Below are positions 37,641-47,853 of a DNA stretch of 64,000 bases, one piece after another. The stretch comes from Terriglobia bacterium (lineage in GTDB: Bacteria; Acidobacteriota; Terriglobia; Bryobacterales; Bryobacteraceae), in NCBI GenBank assembly GCA_963796675.1, contig CAWCMS010000020.1, positions 630,540 to 694,539 of the forward strand. The letters are read 5' to 3'. The notes under the pieces are model-generated. The model worked only from the letters and a program-made list of their open reading frames with translations, did no database searches and was not told where the DNA came from. Numbering within the stretch: position 1 is the first letter of the stretch; each line of letters begins with the position of its first letter. The translations under genes were made by a program, and so were the position numbers.

Positions 37641-39133
37641 TGCGAAAAATCGCCGGCATCGCTTTGATTGGCGCGAGCCTCATCTATGCGCAGAGGGGCG
37701 GCGGAGATTGGACCACCAGCGGCAACGACGCGCAGCGTTCCTCCTGGCAGCGCAGCGATCCGAAGATCTCGCTCGCCACCCTGGAGAAGCCGGGCTTCCA
37801 GATGATCTGGAAGGTGAAACTGGGCGGCACCGACCTGAGCGACGCCATGCTGCTCAACTTCTACATCGGATACCGCGGCTTCCGCAGCCTGGCGTTCCTG
37901 GGCGGCGTCTCGAACCAGGTCTACGCTGTCGATACCGACCTCTCGCGAGTCGAATGGACCAAGAGCCTTCCGGGCGGATCGCCCTCGTGCTCCGCCAACG
38001 CCGTGCCGCAACTCACACGCCCGACGGGCCTCGAGATCGCCTCCGCGAGCGGAGCGCGCGGGGCCGGACGCAGCGCCTTTGCCCGCAGCGCCGTCGGTGA
38101 GCCGGACGAGGGCGCGCCCAACCTGAAGGATGTCTCGATGCGCCGGCCTTCGATGCCTCCGCCCGCCCCGCGGCCCGGCCGCAACTCGGGGCGCGGAGCC
38201 GTACCCAACGCCTTCCGACGCGGCCCCAGCTATCTGTACGCCTTGACCCCCGATGGCAAACTGCACCAGTTGCTGGTCTCGAACGGCGACGAGCCCGAGC
38301 CGGCTTTCGCATTCCTGCCGCCGAACGCCGGCGCGCAAGGCCTCATCGTGATCGACAACATCGCCTACGTAGTTACGACGAAAGGCTGCGGCAACGTCCC
38401 CGAAGGCGTCTGGGCATTGAACCTCGAAGACAAGAAGGTCACGAGCTGGAAGGGCTCGATCGCCGGCTCGGCGGGCATCGCGTTCGATGCCGAAGGCAAC
38501 CTCTTCGTCGCCACCGGCGCAGGCGGCGACTATCCGGATTCCGTCGTCGCGCTCGACTATAAGACCCTGAAGCCCAAGGATTGGTATCGCGCCGGAAGCG
38601 CGTTCACCTCCTCGCCAGTGATCTTCGAGTACAAGGACAAGGTCGTAGCCGCCGCGGCTACTGCGGACGGGCAACTGCACCTGGTCGATACCGCGTCGCT
38701 CGGCGGCTCCGACCACAAGACGCCGCTCGCTCGTGCCGATGCCGGTGCGAAGGTCGGCGGCGCGCTCGCCAGTTGGGAAGATGCCGGCCACACGCGGTGG
38801 ATCCTGGCGCCGACAGCGAATGCGATTGCCGCCTGGAAGGTCGCTGACAGCGGCACGCCCACTCTCGAATCGGGGTGGACCTCGCGCGAAATGAGTACAC
38901 CGCTCACACCGATGATCCTGAACGACGTGGTGTTCGCGCTCGATGGCGGTAAGGCATCCACGCACGCGGTGTTATACGCACTCAATCCCGCCACCGGCAA
39001 GGAACTTTGGAACAGCGGGCGGGACTTCGCCGCCGCCGTCCCGACCGGTGGAATGTCGGCGGGCGGAACCCAGTTGTATGTCGGGGCGGCCGATGGGACG
39101 CTGTATACCTTCGGCTTCCCCATGGAGCACTAA
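37640..39133 (+). CDS. Secreted PQQ-enzyme-like beta-propeller repeat protein (second copy)
   Basis: ATG at 37640 (AAAGGAG 7 nt upstream; GTG at 37637 is an alternative). Begins MRKIAGIALIGASLIYAQRGGGDWTTSGNDAQRSSWQ and ends ...[16 protein letters not shown]...LYVGAADGTLYTFG. Confidence 0.7.
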   Translation: MRKIAGIALIGASLIYAQRGGGDWTTSGNDAQRSSWQRSDPKISLATLEKPGFQMIWKVKLGGTDLSDAMLLNFYIGYRGFRSLAFLGGVSNQVYAVDTDLSRVEWTKSLPGGSPSCSANAVPQLTRPTGLEIASASGARGAGRSAFARSAVGEPDEGAPNLKDVSMRRPSMPPPAPRPGRNSGRGAVPNAFRRGPSYLYALTPDGKLHQLLVSNGDEPEPAFAFLPPNAGAQGLIVIDNIAYVVTTKGCGNVPEGVWALNLEDKKVTSWKGSIAGSAGIAFDAEGNLFVATGAGGDYPDSVVALDYKTLKPKDWYRAGSAFTSSPVIFEYKDKVVAAAATADGQLHLVDTASLGGSDHKTPLARADAGAKVGGALASWEDAGHTRWILAPTANAIAAWKVADSGTPTLESGWTSREMSTPLTPMILNDVVFALDGGKASTHAVLYALNPATGKELWNSGRDFAAAVPTGGMSAGGTQLYVGAADGTLYTFGFPMEH

Positions 39134-39137
39134 CCCC

Positions 39138-39599
39138 ATGTCCTTATTTCGATCGATCGTCGCGGCCGCCGCGCTCGCCAGCGCGGGCGCCTGGGCACAG
39201 CAATTGCCCGATGGACCCGGCAAGGCCGAAACCCAGAAGATCTGCACGCAGTGCCACGAACTGGCACGCTCCGTCTCCCTGCGGCAGGACCGCGCCGGAT
39301 GGGAGTCCACCGTCAACAAGATGGTGACGCTGGGCGCGAAGGCGTCCAACGCGGAGATGGAAGCGGTGGTCACTTACCTGGCTGCGCACTATCCGGCCGA
39401 AGACATTCCGCGGCTGCGCGTCAATACGGCCCGGCAGATCGAGTTCGAAAGCATGCTGAACCTGCGAAGGTCGCAGGCCGCCGCCATCATCGCGTATCGC
39501 GAGAAGAACGGACCGTTCCACTCGCTCGACGATCTGCTCAAGGTTCCCGGCGTCGATACCGCGAAGATCGAAGCCGGAAAAGACCGGCTGGTGTTTTGA
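39138..39599 (+). CDS. Secreted mono-haem cytochrome c domain fused to a ComEA-type helix-hairpin-helix domain
   Basis: ATG at 39138. Signal peptide, then the CTQCH haem site with ...RAGWESTVNKMVTLGAKASNAEMEAVVTYLAAHY, then VNTARQIEFESMLNLRRSQAAAIIAYREKNGPFHSLDDLLKVPGVDTAKIEAGKDRLVF. Confidence 0.75.
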   Translation: MSLFRSIVAAAALASAGAWAQQLPDGPGKAETQKICTQCHELARSVSLRQDRAGWESTVNKMVTLGAKASNAEMEAVVTYLAAHYPAEDIPRLRVNTARQIEFESMLNLRRSQAAAIIAYREKNGPFHSLDDLLKVPGVDTAKIEAGKDRLVF

Positions 39600-39619
39600 G
39601 CTAACCTGTACACAGTCCT

Positions 39620-40684
39620 ATGCCGGAAGCCACCTACCGAGGCCGCCGCGCCGCACAGATCGAAAACCAACACCTGCGAGTGACCGTAACCTGCGAAGGC
39701 GGCCACCTCGCCGAGGTCCTCGACAAACAGACCGGAGTGAACCCGTTGTGGACACCGCCGTGGCCGTCGATCGAGCCTTCGACGTTCGACCCGGCCTCGA
39801 CCACGTACGGCAGCAATGCCGAATCGAAGCTGCTAGCCGGGATCATGGGGCACAACCTTTGCCTTGACCTGTTCGGCGGCCCGTCGCCCGAAGAGGCCGC
39901 CGCGGGGATGACGGTGCATGGCGAAGGGTCCGTGGCGCCTTACGCGATCGCGAAAGAGGCCGGGCTCCTTTCTCAGAGCGTGATGCTGCCGATGGCGCAA
40001 CTGGCGTTCCGGCGCACGATCGAACTCGCCGGCCACGGTCTCCGGATTCGTGAAGAGGTGGAGAACCTCTCGGCGTGCGACCGGCCGATCGCCTGGACGC
40101 AGCACGTCACTTTGGGGCCGCCGTTTCTCGAGCGCGGCGTCACCGAGTTCCGCGCTTCGGCGACACGCTCCCAGGTGTACGACCAACCGTTCGGCGACGG
40201 CGACTATCTGAAGCGGGGCGCCGAGTTTGACTGGCCGATGGCTCCGCTCGCGACCAAAGGCTCCGCCGACCTGCGCGTCTACACGGACGCGCCGAGTTCG
40301 AGCGCGTTCACCACGCACCTGATGGACCCGGCGGGGGATGACGCCTTCTTCCTGGCTTTCCACCCCGGCCTCAAGCTGGCTTTCGGCTATGTGTGGAAGC
40401 GCGCTGATTTCCCGTGGCTCGGCATCTGGGAAGAGAACCACTGCCGGACGTCGGCACCGTGGTGCGGCAACACGCTGACGCGCGGCATGGAGTTCGGAGT
40501 GTCGCCGATTCCCGAATCGCGCCGCCAGATGATTACGCGCGGCAGCCTGTTCGGCGTGCCGGCCTATCGCTGGCTGCCGGCGAAAGCCACGATCGCCGCC
40601 GAATATCGCGCAATCGCGATCAGCGCGAACGCGATTCCCGAAACGCTTTCGATAGCGGACGACGTGACGATTCGCGAATCTTGA
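39620..40684 (+). CDS. Galactose-mutarotase-like (aldose 1-epimerase superfamily) protein
   Basis: 354 aa. The N-terminal pattern IENQHLRVTVTCEGGHLAEVLDKQTGVNPLW is typical of the fold. The assignment is tentative. Confidence 0.5.
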   Translation: MPEATYRGRRAAQIENQHLRVTVTCEGGHLAEVLDKQTGVNPLWTPPWPSIEPSTFDPASTTYGSNAESKLLAGIMGHNLCLDLFGGPSPEEAAAGMTVHGEGSVAPYAIAKEAGLLSQSVMLPMAQLAFRRTIELAGHGLRIREEVENLSACDRPIAWTQHVTLGPPFLERGVTEFRASATRSQVYDQPFGDGDYLKRGAEFDWPMAPLATKGSADLRVYTDAPSSSAFTTHLMDPAGDDAFFLAFHPGLKLAFGYVWKRADFPWLGIWEENHCRTSAPWCGNTLTRGMEFGVSPIPESRRQMITRGSLFGVPAYRWLPAKATIAAEYRAIAISANAIPETLSIADDVTIRES

Positions 40685-41663
40685 GCGTTGCGGGCAGCCA
40701 CTCGGCGGTCTTCTCGGAGGCGGTCAGACGGCCTTCGATGCGGTCGAGCAGAATTTCCGACGCGCGGTGGCCGATGTCATAGGCCGGCTGCACCACCGTG
40801 GTAATCGACGGCGTGAAGAGATCATCCACCGTCAGTTCGTCGAAGGTGACGAAGGCGATATCTTCGGGCGTCTTGAGACCGCAGTCACGGAAAGCGCGAA
40901 GGACGCCGAGGCCGGTGGGCCCGTTGGTACAAAAGACGGCGTCGGGGCGCGCCGCGCTCGTGAGCCGCTCGCGGCATAGCGCCGCGACATCCTCCGGCCG
41001 CAGGTTTCCCTGCCAGATCAGCTTCTCTTCGGGCGCGATGCCGGCGGCTTCGAGAGCCTTCCTGTAGCCCACCAGGCGGCGCCGCTCGTTCTTCAAAGAC
41101 AACGGGCCGGTGACGATCGCGATCCGCCGGCTGCCCAATGCCACCAGGTGCTCGACCGCCATCTTCGCGGCGTCGAGATCTTCGAGCGAGACGGAATCGA
41201 CCGGCACGCGATCGGGAATGCGATCGAGACAGACGACGGGAATGCCGGCATCGATCATGCGGGAAATCTGGTTGACCGGCGTGGGCGCCGAGGCAACCAC
41301 CAGGAGAATGCCTTCGACGCACTGCGAGCGGAATAGCGAGAGCAACTCTTTCTGGCGATCGGCATCGTCGTCGGAGTTCGCGGCGATGAGCGAGTAGCCG
41401 CGCGTCTTCGCGGCCATCTCCGCCCCGCGGATCAATTGCGGAAAGAAGGAGATGGTCATATCGGGGACGATGATGCCGAGCGTCCGGGTCTTGCTGGTTT
41501 TCAGGCTGCGGGCGACGTGGTTGGGATGGTAATCGAGCTTTTGAATGGCGGCCTGCACCTTGAGGCGAAGCGGCTCGCTAACCGGAACCGATCCGGTGAT
41601 GACGTGCGAGACAGTACCGACCGAGACTCCGGCCAGTTCCGCCACTCTCTTGATGCTGGGCAT
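40620..41663 (-). CDS. LacI-family transcriptional regulator
   Basis: Begins MPSIKRVAELAGVSVGTVSHVITGSVPVSEPLRLKVQAAIQKLDYHPNHVARSLK, followed by a periplasmic-binding-protein fold. It is the last gene of the sugar operon. Confidence 0.9.
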   Translation of the reverse strand: MPSIKRVAELAGVSVGTVSHVITGSVPVSEPLRLKVQAAIQKLDYHPNHVARSLKTSKTRTLGIIVPDMTISFFPQLIRGAEMAAKTRGYSLIAANSDDDADRQKELLSLFRSQCVEGILLVVASAPTPVNQISRMIDAGIPVVCLDRIPDRVPVDSVSLEDLDAAKMAVEHLVALGSRRIAIVTGPLSLKNERRRLVGYRKALEAAGIAPEEKLIWQGNLRPEDVAALCRERLTSAARPDAVFCTNGPTGLGVLRAFRDCGLKTPEDIAFVTFDELTVDDLFTPSITTVVQPAYDIGHRASEILLDRIEGRLTASEKTAEWLPATLKIRESSRRPLSKAFRESRSR

Positions 41664-41671
41664 CTTTCAGG

Positions 41672-42373
41672 TTACAGCTTCTTGATGCGGACGTTGCGCA
41701 CTTCGATCTCCATCGGAGGGCCCCTGTGCACCTGGATGCCGATCAGGCCGTCCATGCGGCGGCCGGCGGGGTCGTCGTCGATCAACATACTCATCAGGCG
41801 GCCATTGAGAAGCTGGACGAGCGTGTTGCCGCGGGCGATCAGGTGGAGGTCGTTCCAGCCGTCGCCATGGATGAGTTCCTTGAGCTGGCCGCCATCGCCG
41901 AGCGAACCCACAAGGGCGGGCTTGCCGTCCTCGCCGATGTGCGTGAACTGCCCGCGCATGGCCAGGAAGCCGCGGCCGCGCTCCTCGTAGATCTGGCCGG
42001 TGTACTGCTGCTGGCCATCCATATCGGCCTGGTAGCCCTTCATGGCCCACTTGATACCGGGCAGCTCAATGCTGCGGAACTGGATGCCGCTGTTGAACCC
42101 GGTGAGCTTGAATTCGAGCTTGAGCTCGAAATCGGCCGGGCTCGCGCCGCGCCAGATGATGAAGGTGTTCTGCTTCGGCTGCTTCTCGGTAGTGGTCTGA
42201 CCGATGATCTCGCCGTTTTCGATGCGCCAGAATTCGGGATCGCCATCCCAACCCTTGAGCGACTGGCCGTCGAAAATCGACTGATAGCCGCTCTCCTGTT
42301 CGGGCGCTATTCTTGGCCCGCGCTGCGCCCAAGCGGTGCCCGCTACAAGAAGAATCACACAGAGACTACGCAT
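41672..42373 (-). CDS. Secreted DUF1080 / 3-keto-disaccharide hydrolase family protein
   Basis: Signal peptide, then [27 protein letters not shown]...NSGIQFR...IGIQVH. Confidence 0.8.
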   Translation of the reverse strand: MRSLCVILLVAGTAWAQRGPRIAPEQESGYQSIFDGQSLKGWDGDPEFWRIENGEIIGQTTTEKQPKQNTFIIWRGASPADFELKLEFKLTGFNSGIQFRSIELPGIKWAMKGYQADMDGQQQYTGQIYEERGRGFLAMRGQFTHIGEDGKPALVGSLGDGGQLKELIHGDGWNDLHLIARGNTLVQLLNGRLMSMLIDDDPAGRRMDGLIGIQVHRGPPMEIEVRNVRIKKL

Positions 42374-43544
42374 TGGTATCTTTCCCTCCTCCCGCGTGGG
42401 CCGCTTCGGCCGCGCGGACCTTCACCCAGCTTCGATTGGCTGCGGATTCGAGCACCGCATCGGTAACGAAATCGGTCTTCAGGGCCTCCTGGAAATCGGG
42501 TGAAGCAGACTTGCCTTCGCCGAGCGCCGCGAGGAAGTCGGCCACCTGGTGGATGAAGGTATGCTCGTAGCCGATCTGGAGGCCGGGCACCCACCAGTGC
42601 TTCATATAAGGATGGTCGCCATCCGTGATGTGAATGCTGCGCCAGCCGCGTGTGCGCCCCTCGTCCTTGTGGTCGAAATACTGGAGCCGGTGGAGGTCGT
42701 GGAGGTCCCAGGCGATGGACGCGTGCTCGCCGTTGATCTCGAGGGTGTAGAGCGCCTTGTGGCCGCGGGCGTAGCGGGTGGCTTCGAAGGTCGCGAGCGA
42801 ACCGTTCGCGAAGCGCGCTAGGAATAGGCTGGCGTCATCGATGCCGACCGGCTCGACCTTGCCGCTGAGGTTGTGCTTGCGGCTCTTGATGAAGGTTTCG
42901 GTGACCGCGGATACCTCCTCGATGCCGCCATTGAGCCACATGGCGGTATCGATGCAGTGGGCGAGCAGATCGCCGGTGACGCCGCTGCCGGCCACCTTGA
43001 CGTCGAGCCGCCAGAGACCCTCGCCGCCTTGCGGCAGGTCGCTCGAGATGGTCCAATCCTGAAGGAACTTGGCGCGATAGTGAAAGATCTTGCCGAGGCG
43101 GCCTTCGTCAATCAGTTGCTTCGCGAAAGTGACGGCGGGCACGCGGCGGTAGTTGTACCACACCATGTTGGGAACGCCCGCGGCCGCGACAGCCTTCGCC
43201 ATGGCCTCGCCTTCGGCGCCGTTGCGTCCGAGCGGCTTCTCGCACATCACCATCTTGCCTGCCTTGGCGGCGGCGACGGCGATCTCGGCATGCGTGTCGT
43301 TCGGGCTAGCGATATCGATCAGATCGATATCTTTCGATTCGACGAGCTTGCGCCAATCCGTTTCGACCTGTTCATAGCCCCACTGCGCGGCGAAGGCGCG
43401 GGCTCGCTCGGCGTTGCGGGCGCAAATGGTCTTCAGAACGGGCTCATAGGGCAGAGGAAAAAAATGTCCAGCCTGGCGGAACGCATTGGAGTGCGTCCGG
43501 CCCATGAATCCGTAGCCGACCATCCCGACGTTGAGCTTCTTCAT
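42366..43544 (-). CDS. Gfo/Idh/MocA-family NAD(P)-dependent oxidoreductase
   Basis: [22 protein letters not shown] Rossmann start, followed by EKPL. Confidence 0.85.
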   Translation of the reverse strand: MKKLNVGMVGYGFMGRTHSNAFRQAGHFFPLPYEPVLKTICARNAERARAFAAQWGYEQVETDWRKLVESKDIDLIDIASPNDTHAEIAVAAAKAGKMVMCEKPLGRNGAEGEAMAKAVAAAGVPNMVWYNYRRVPAVTFAKQLIDEGRLGKIFHYRAKFLQDWTISSDLPQGGEGLWRLDVKVAGSGVTGDLLAHCIDTAMWLNGGIEEVSAVTETFIKSRKHNLSGKVEPVGIDDASLFLARFANGSLATFEATRYARGHKALYTLEINGEHASIAWDLHDLHRLQYFDHKDEGRTRGWRSIHITDGDHPYMKHWWVPGLQIGYEHTFIHQVADFLAALGEGKSASPDFQEALKTDFVTDAVLESAANRSWVKVRAAEAAHAGGGKDTNA

Positions 43545-43545
43545 A

Positions 43546-44595
<1,050 letters not shown>

Positions 44596-44635
44596 GAAGA
44601 CTCCTTGGTATTCAGAGGACGCGCACGATATGGGG

Positions 44636-44651
44636 CTTGAAACGTCTCAAG
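44636..44651. promoter_or_regulatory. Candidate LacI-family operator
   Basis: CTTGAAACGTCTCAAG lies 41 nt upstream of the operon ATG. It is a TGAAAC|GTTTCA-type palindrome with one mismatch per half and a central CG, similar to Cra/CcpA-type boxes. A second 6-5-6 inverted repeat, CTGATAgcgtaTATCAG, follows at 44654-44670. Confidence 0.5.
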
Positions 44652-44876
44652 CTCTGATAGCGTATATCAGCGGAAAAACCTTGTCAAACCAGTGGGTGTA
44701 CGCGTCGTCCTTGGGGTTTGCGCGTCGGAGGCGGAGGAAGCATTTCACCGCCGAGACGCAGAGACGCGGAGAAGAAACAATATAAGCAAGGATATTGGGA
44801 GATCAGGAGGGCTTCGCGACTTCCCGGGGGTAGGGCGCCGAGGAGTTTCGTAGCCTGTCTCCGCTCGCTATAACCG

Positions 44877-46226
44877 CTAGAATCCTGGGGTGCGTCCGAC
44901 AGCCTGCTCGAGTTCCGCCCAAGCCAGCAAATAGCCCAAACTGGCCTGGAGAAAGTCTGCCTGTGCCTGATAACTGGCGGCGGTCGCCTGTCGCCGCTCC
45001 GACGCCAGCACCACGCCCTGGGCCAACTGATTTTGTGCCAGGCGCTCGCCCTCCTTCCGAAGTTTGACCACCTGGGCTGCTACTTGAACCAGGTTCCTGG
45101 TCCGATCCAGTTTGTTATAACTGCGCGCGATTCCGACGGCTATCTCCTCCTTCACGCGGCTCAAATTCTCTTCCGCTTGCGCCAATTCCGCTTCGCGCAC
45201 ACGCACGGCCGCCCGCCGTTTGCCGAAATCGAACACGTCCCAGTTGAGATTGAAGCCGAACGTGCCGAAGTTTCGTACCAGGAAAGGCACGCCGTCCTGA
45301 TAGCTGTGGCGGGCGTAGGCGATGATGTCGGGGACATAAACTGTTTTCGCGGCAGTCACGGCCGCGCGTGCCTTCTGTACAGCTTCGTCAGCGGCCAGTA
45401 TTTGCGGGTTCTCCGACCATGCGGTCTGGACGTAGGTTTCGCGGGGAAGCGCATCAAACTTCGCGGGAACAGCCGGATCCAGGTCAAGCTGCGTATCCAG
45501 GGGAAGCCCCAACAGGTTGTCCAGTTCCGTTGTCAGGTCATCCATCTGGAGCTCCGCAGTGAGCACCGCCTGCTGACTCTCCAGCAGACCCGCACGTCCC
45601 TGAATCGCCACAACCTGGAGGGCGCTGCCGTTGCGTACCTCTTCCTCACTCTCCCGCAGCTGCTCGCCGGCGGAGGTACTCTGTTGTTCGGCTGCCTGCT
45701 TTTGAAGACGGGCGATCAGTATCCCGAAGTAGAGTTCGTGCACCTGGAGAGCGACCTGGTTCTCCGCGCCTTTCAGATCGTGGCGGGAAATCGCGATGTC
45801 GGCAGAGGCAATACGGTTGGCTGCATGAACCCGGATCAACTGCGTTAAGGGCTGGGTGACCTGTGTGCCGCTCGAGAAGAACGTGAGCTGCCCTTGAGGA
45901 ATAGTGAGGCCCTGCGCGGGAATGAGCGTTCCGTCGACGGCCCCGAACGTCCCAGCCGGAATCACGACATTCTGCAGGTCCGTGATATGCAGGGCATTCG
46001 ACTGGTTCGTAAGCACCGGGAAATAGCCGGAGTGTTCGCCCGCCTTCTTCTGCTCGTTTTCGATTACCTTGAGGCGCGCGATCTTGAGTGCGCGGTTTTG
46101 ACTGACCGCGAGATGGACAGCCTCCGTTAGCGTGAGATGCCGGACATCGGCTGCATATTGAGGGGCCGCCAATAGCATGGCAAGCCCTGTCATGGCCGGA
46201 ACCCTATACAGATACGCGCGATTCAT
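44877..46226 (-). CDS. TolC-family outer-membrane efflux protein
   Basis: Start at 46226 (MNRAYLYRVPAMTGLAMLLAAPQYA), overlapping the MFS stop (ATGA). Two-repeat helical/beta pattern. Last gene of the efflux operon. Confidence 0.85.
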   Translation of the reverse strand: MNRAYLYRVPAMTGLAMLLAAPQYAADVRHLTLTEAVHLAVSQNRALKIARLKVIENEQKKAGEHSGYFPVLTNQSNALHITDLQNVVIPAGTFGAVDGTLIPAQGLTIPQGQLTFFSSGTQVTQPLTQLIRVHAANRIASADIAISRHDLKGAENQVALQVHELYFGILIARLQKQAAEQQSTSAGEQLRESEEEVRNGSALQVVAIQGRAGLLESQQAVLTAELQMDDLTTELDNLLGLPLDTQLDLDPAVPAKFDALPRETYVQTAWSENPQILAADEAVQKARAAVTAAKTVYVPDIIAYARHSYQDGVPFLVRNFGTFGFNLNWDVFDFGKRRAAVRVREAELAQAEENLSRVKEEIAVGIARSYNKLDRTRNLVQVAAQVVKLRKEGERLAQNQLAQGVVLASERRQATAASYQAQADFLQASLGYLLAWAELEQAVGRTPGF

Positions 46227-47839
46227 TGCATGTTCCTCAAGTTTTTGTAGCTCAGCCTGCCGGGCCGCAGAAGCAGCATCAGGAGCAGATAAGCAACCAC
46301 CATCCACCCGATGAGAATGAATCCATCGGCGATCGCCATTGTGTAGGCCTGCGCCCGCACTTGCTGACTGAGAATCTCGAGCGCCCGGTCACGCGATTCT
46401 TCCAGGCCCGAAGAACCTGGAAAGACGCCCCCGGTCAGCATCTGCAAACGATGGTCCGTAAGCCAACTGCCGGCCTCCACGTGCAGTCCGAGCAGGTTGG
46501 AATGAAACTGCTCACGCACGGAAATGAACCGGATCATCAGGGACGCTCCCACTGCGCCGCCGAAAATGCGGGCAAAGTGCATGAATCCCGAGAACGTGGC
46601 TACGTCGGCGGATCTGTTCAAGGCGCCGGCCTCGAGCGCTTCGAGGACGATGGAAGACACCAGGCCGATGTATGAGCATGCCAGTGCGGGGGCAAGGACC
46701 AGTTCCATTAGCTCGAAGGTGCTTCCTGCCCAGGAAGGATCCAGATGCGCGCAGATCCAGCAGGCCAATGCGGTCACGGTGAGGCCTACCGCCAGGATCA
46801 GCCGTGAGTTCGTATAGATGACGAGTAAGGCGACCAGCCATACCACCACGAACTGCGGCACGGCCACCCAGGCAAGGGCTTGGCCCGTCTGGAGGGGTCG
46901 ATAGTGCTGGATATTTCCCAGGAACGCAGGGATGACCAGGTACTCTGCCAGCAGGGTGAACCTGAAGACGAAAATGGAGCCCGCGAGGATGATGATGTTC
47001 CGGGTCTTCAGAAATGATAGGTTCACGACCGGGTTTGGCTGTCTCATCCGCCTGACCCAGGCCGCGCCAACCAGAAACAGTCCGGCCGCGAGCATTCCGA
47101 CGATCACACCAGAGTTCAACCAGTCCAGCCGTTCGCCCTGATCGAGAGCACCGACCAGCAGAGCCAGGCCCCCGCTGAAATAAGCGAACCCACGCCAGCT
47201 CGGCCTCGGAAGCGGAGGCGCGCTGCGGCGGGGAACTCCGAAATAGACGCAGATCATCATGAGCGGCGTGAAGACCGCGGCATTCCAAAAGATCCAGCGC
47301 CACGAGAGATGCTCGACATACCAGCCCTGTAACGCGGATGCCATGTTGCTGGTAAAGACGATGTCTCCGGCATAAGCCGCAATACCGAAGATGATCAGCC
47401 GCTTCGGCAACGCAGTCAGAGCGAACGTCAACGTCAGGGTATAGAAGGTCCCCGACCCGAGCCCGGCAATCACCAACAGGCAAAACATTACCCAGAGGTT
47501 TGGTGAGAAAGGAAGCAACAGGGAGGCAACCGTAAAGAGTGCTGCCGACGGAAGCAGAATGCGGCGGGGGCCCAGGCGGGCGTTCAACGACGCACAGAAG
47601 ACTCCGCTGAACATCATCGCCATATCGAGGACCGTGGGCAACCAGGAGGCCTCGTCGAATCCCAGGCCAAGTGCGCCGCGCAGGTCGGGCAGGCCAATGC
47701 TGAGAAGGCGGGCATTCATAGTCGCGACGGAGGCGCCCAAGAATACGCCGAGAATCCCGATGTAGGGATGTTTCGAACGTTGAGGAGGCGCCGCAGCCGG
47801 CGGTGTGGTTGTCGGAGGGCTGGCAGCCTCGGTCGCCAT
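46223..47839 (-). CDS. emrB: DHA2/EmrB-type MFS efflux transporter (14 TM)
   Basis: 538 aa, containing GILGVFLGASVATMNARLLSIGLPDLRGALGL... and multiple TM segments. Confidence 0.85.
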   Translation of the reverse strand: MATEAASPPTTTPPAAAPPQRSKHPYIGILGVFLGASVATMNARLLSIGLPDLRGALGLGFDEASWLPTVLDMAMMFSGVFCASLNARLGPRRILLPSAALFTVASLLLPFSPNLWVMFCLLVIAGLGSGTFYTLTLTFALTALPKRLIIFGIAAYAGDIVFTSNMASALQGWYVEHLSWRWIFWNAAVFTPLMMICVYFGVPRRSAPPLPRPSWRGFAYFSGGLALLVGALDQGERLDWLNSGVIVGMLAAGLFLVGAAWVRRMRQPNPVVNLSFLKTRNIIILAGSIFVFRFTLLAEYLVIPAFLGNIQHYRPLQTGQALAWVAVPQFVVVWLVALLVIYTNSRLILAVGLTVTALACWICAHLDPSWAGSTFELMELVLAPALACSYIGLVSSIVLEALEAGALNRSADVATFSGFMHFARIFGGAVGASLMIRFISVREQFHSNLLGLHVEAGSWLTDHRLQMLTGGVFPGSSGLEESRDRALEILSQQVRAQAYTMAIADGFILIGWMVVAYLLLMLLLRPGRLSYKNLRNMQ

Positions 47840-47853
47840 TCAGACTTCCTTCG

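Noticed and set aside
37634-38965. 443-aa minus-strand ORF. The same reasoning applies to 53417-55093(+), 62741-63913(-), 43531-44640(+), 57297-58160(+), 11921-13168(+) and 28029-29132(+)
   Set aside because: All lie opposite confidently identified genes (PQQ propeller, ppk1, LemA/TPM, TIM-barrel, pruA, the 5-TM protein, YVTN) and have shadow-frame composition.
40669-40680. Perfect 12-nt palindrome GATTCGCGAATC in the 65-nt overlap of the convergent mutarotase-like and LacI genes (it encodes IRES on both strands)
   Set aside because: A curiosity of two overlapping 3' ends. It lies inside coding sequence on both strands, and there is no evidence for a regulatory role.
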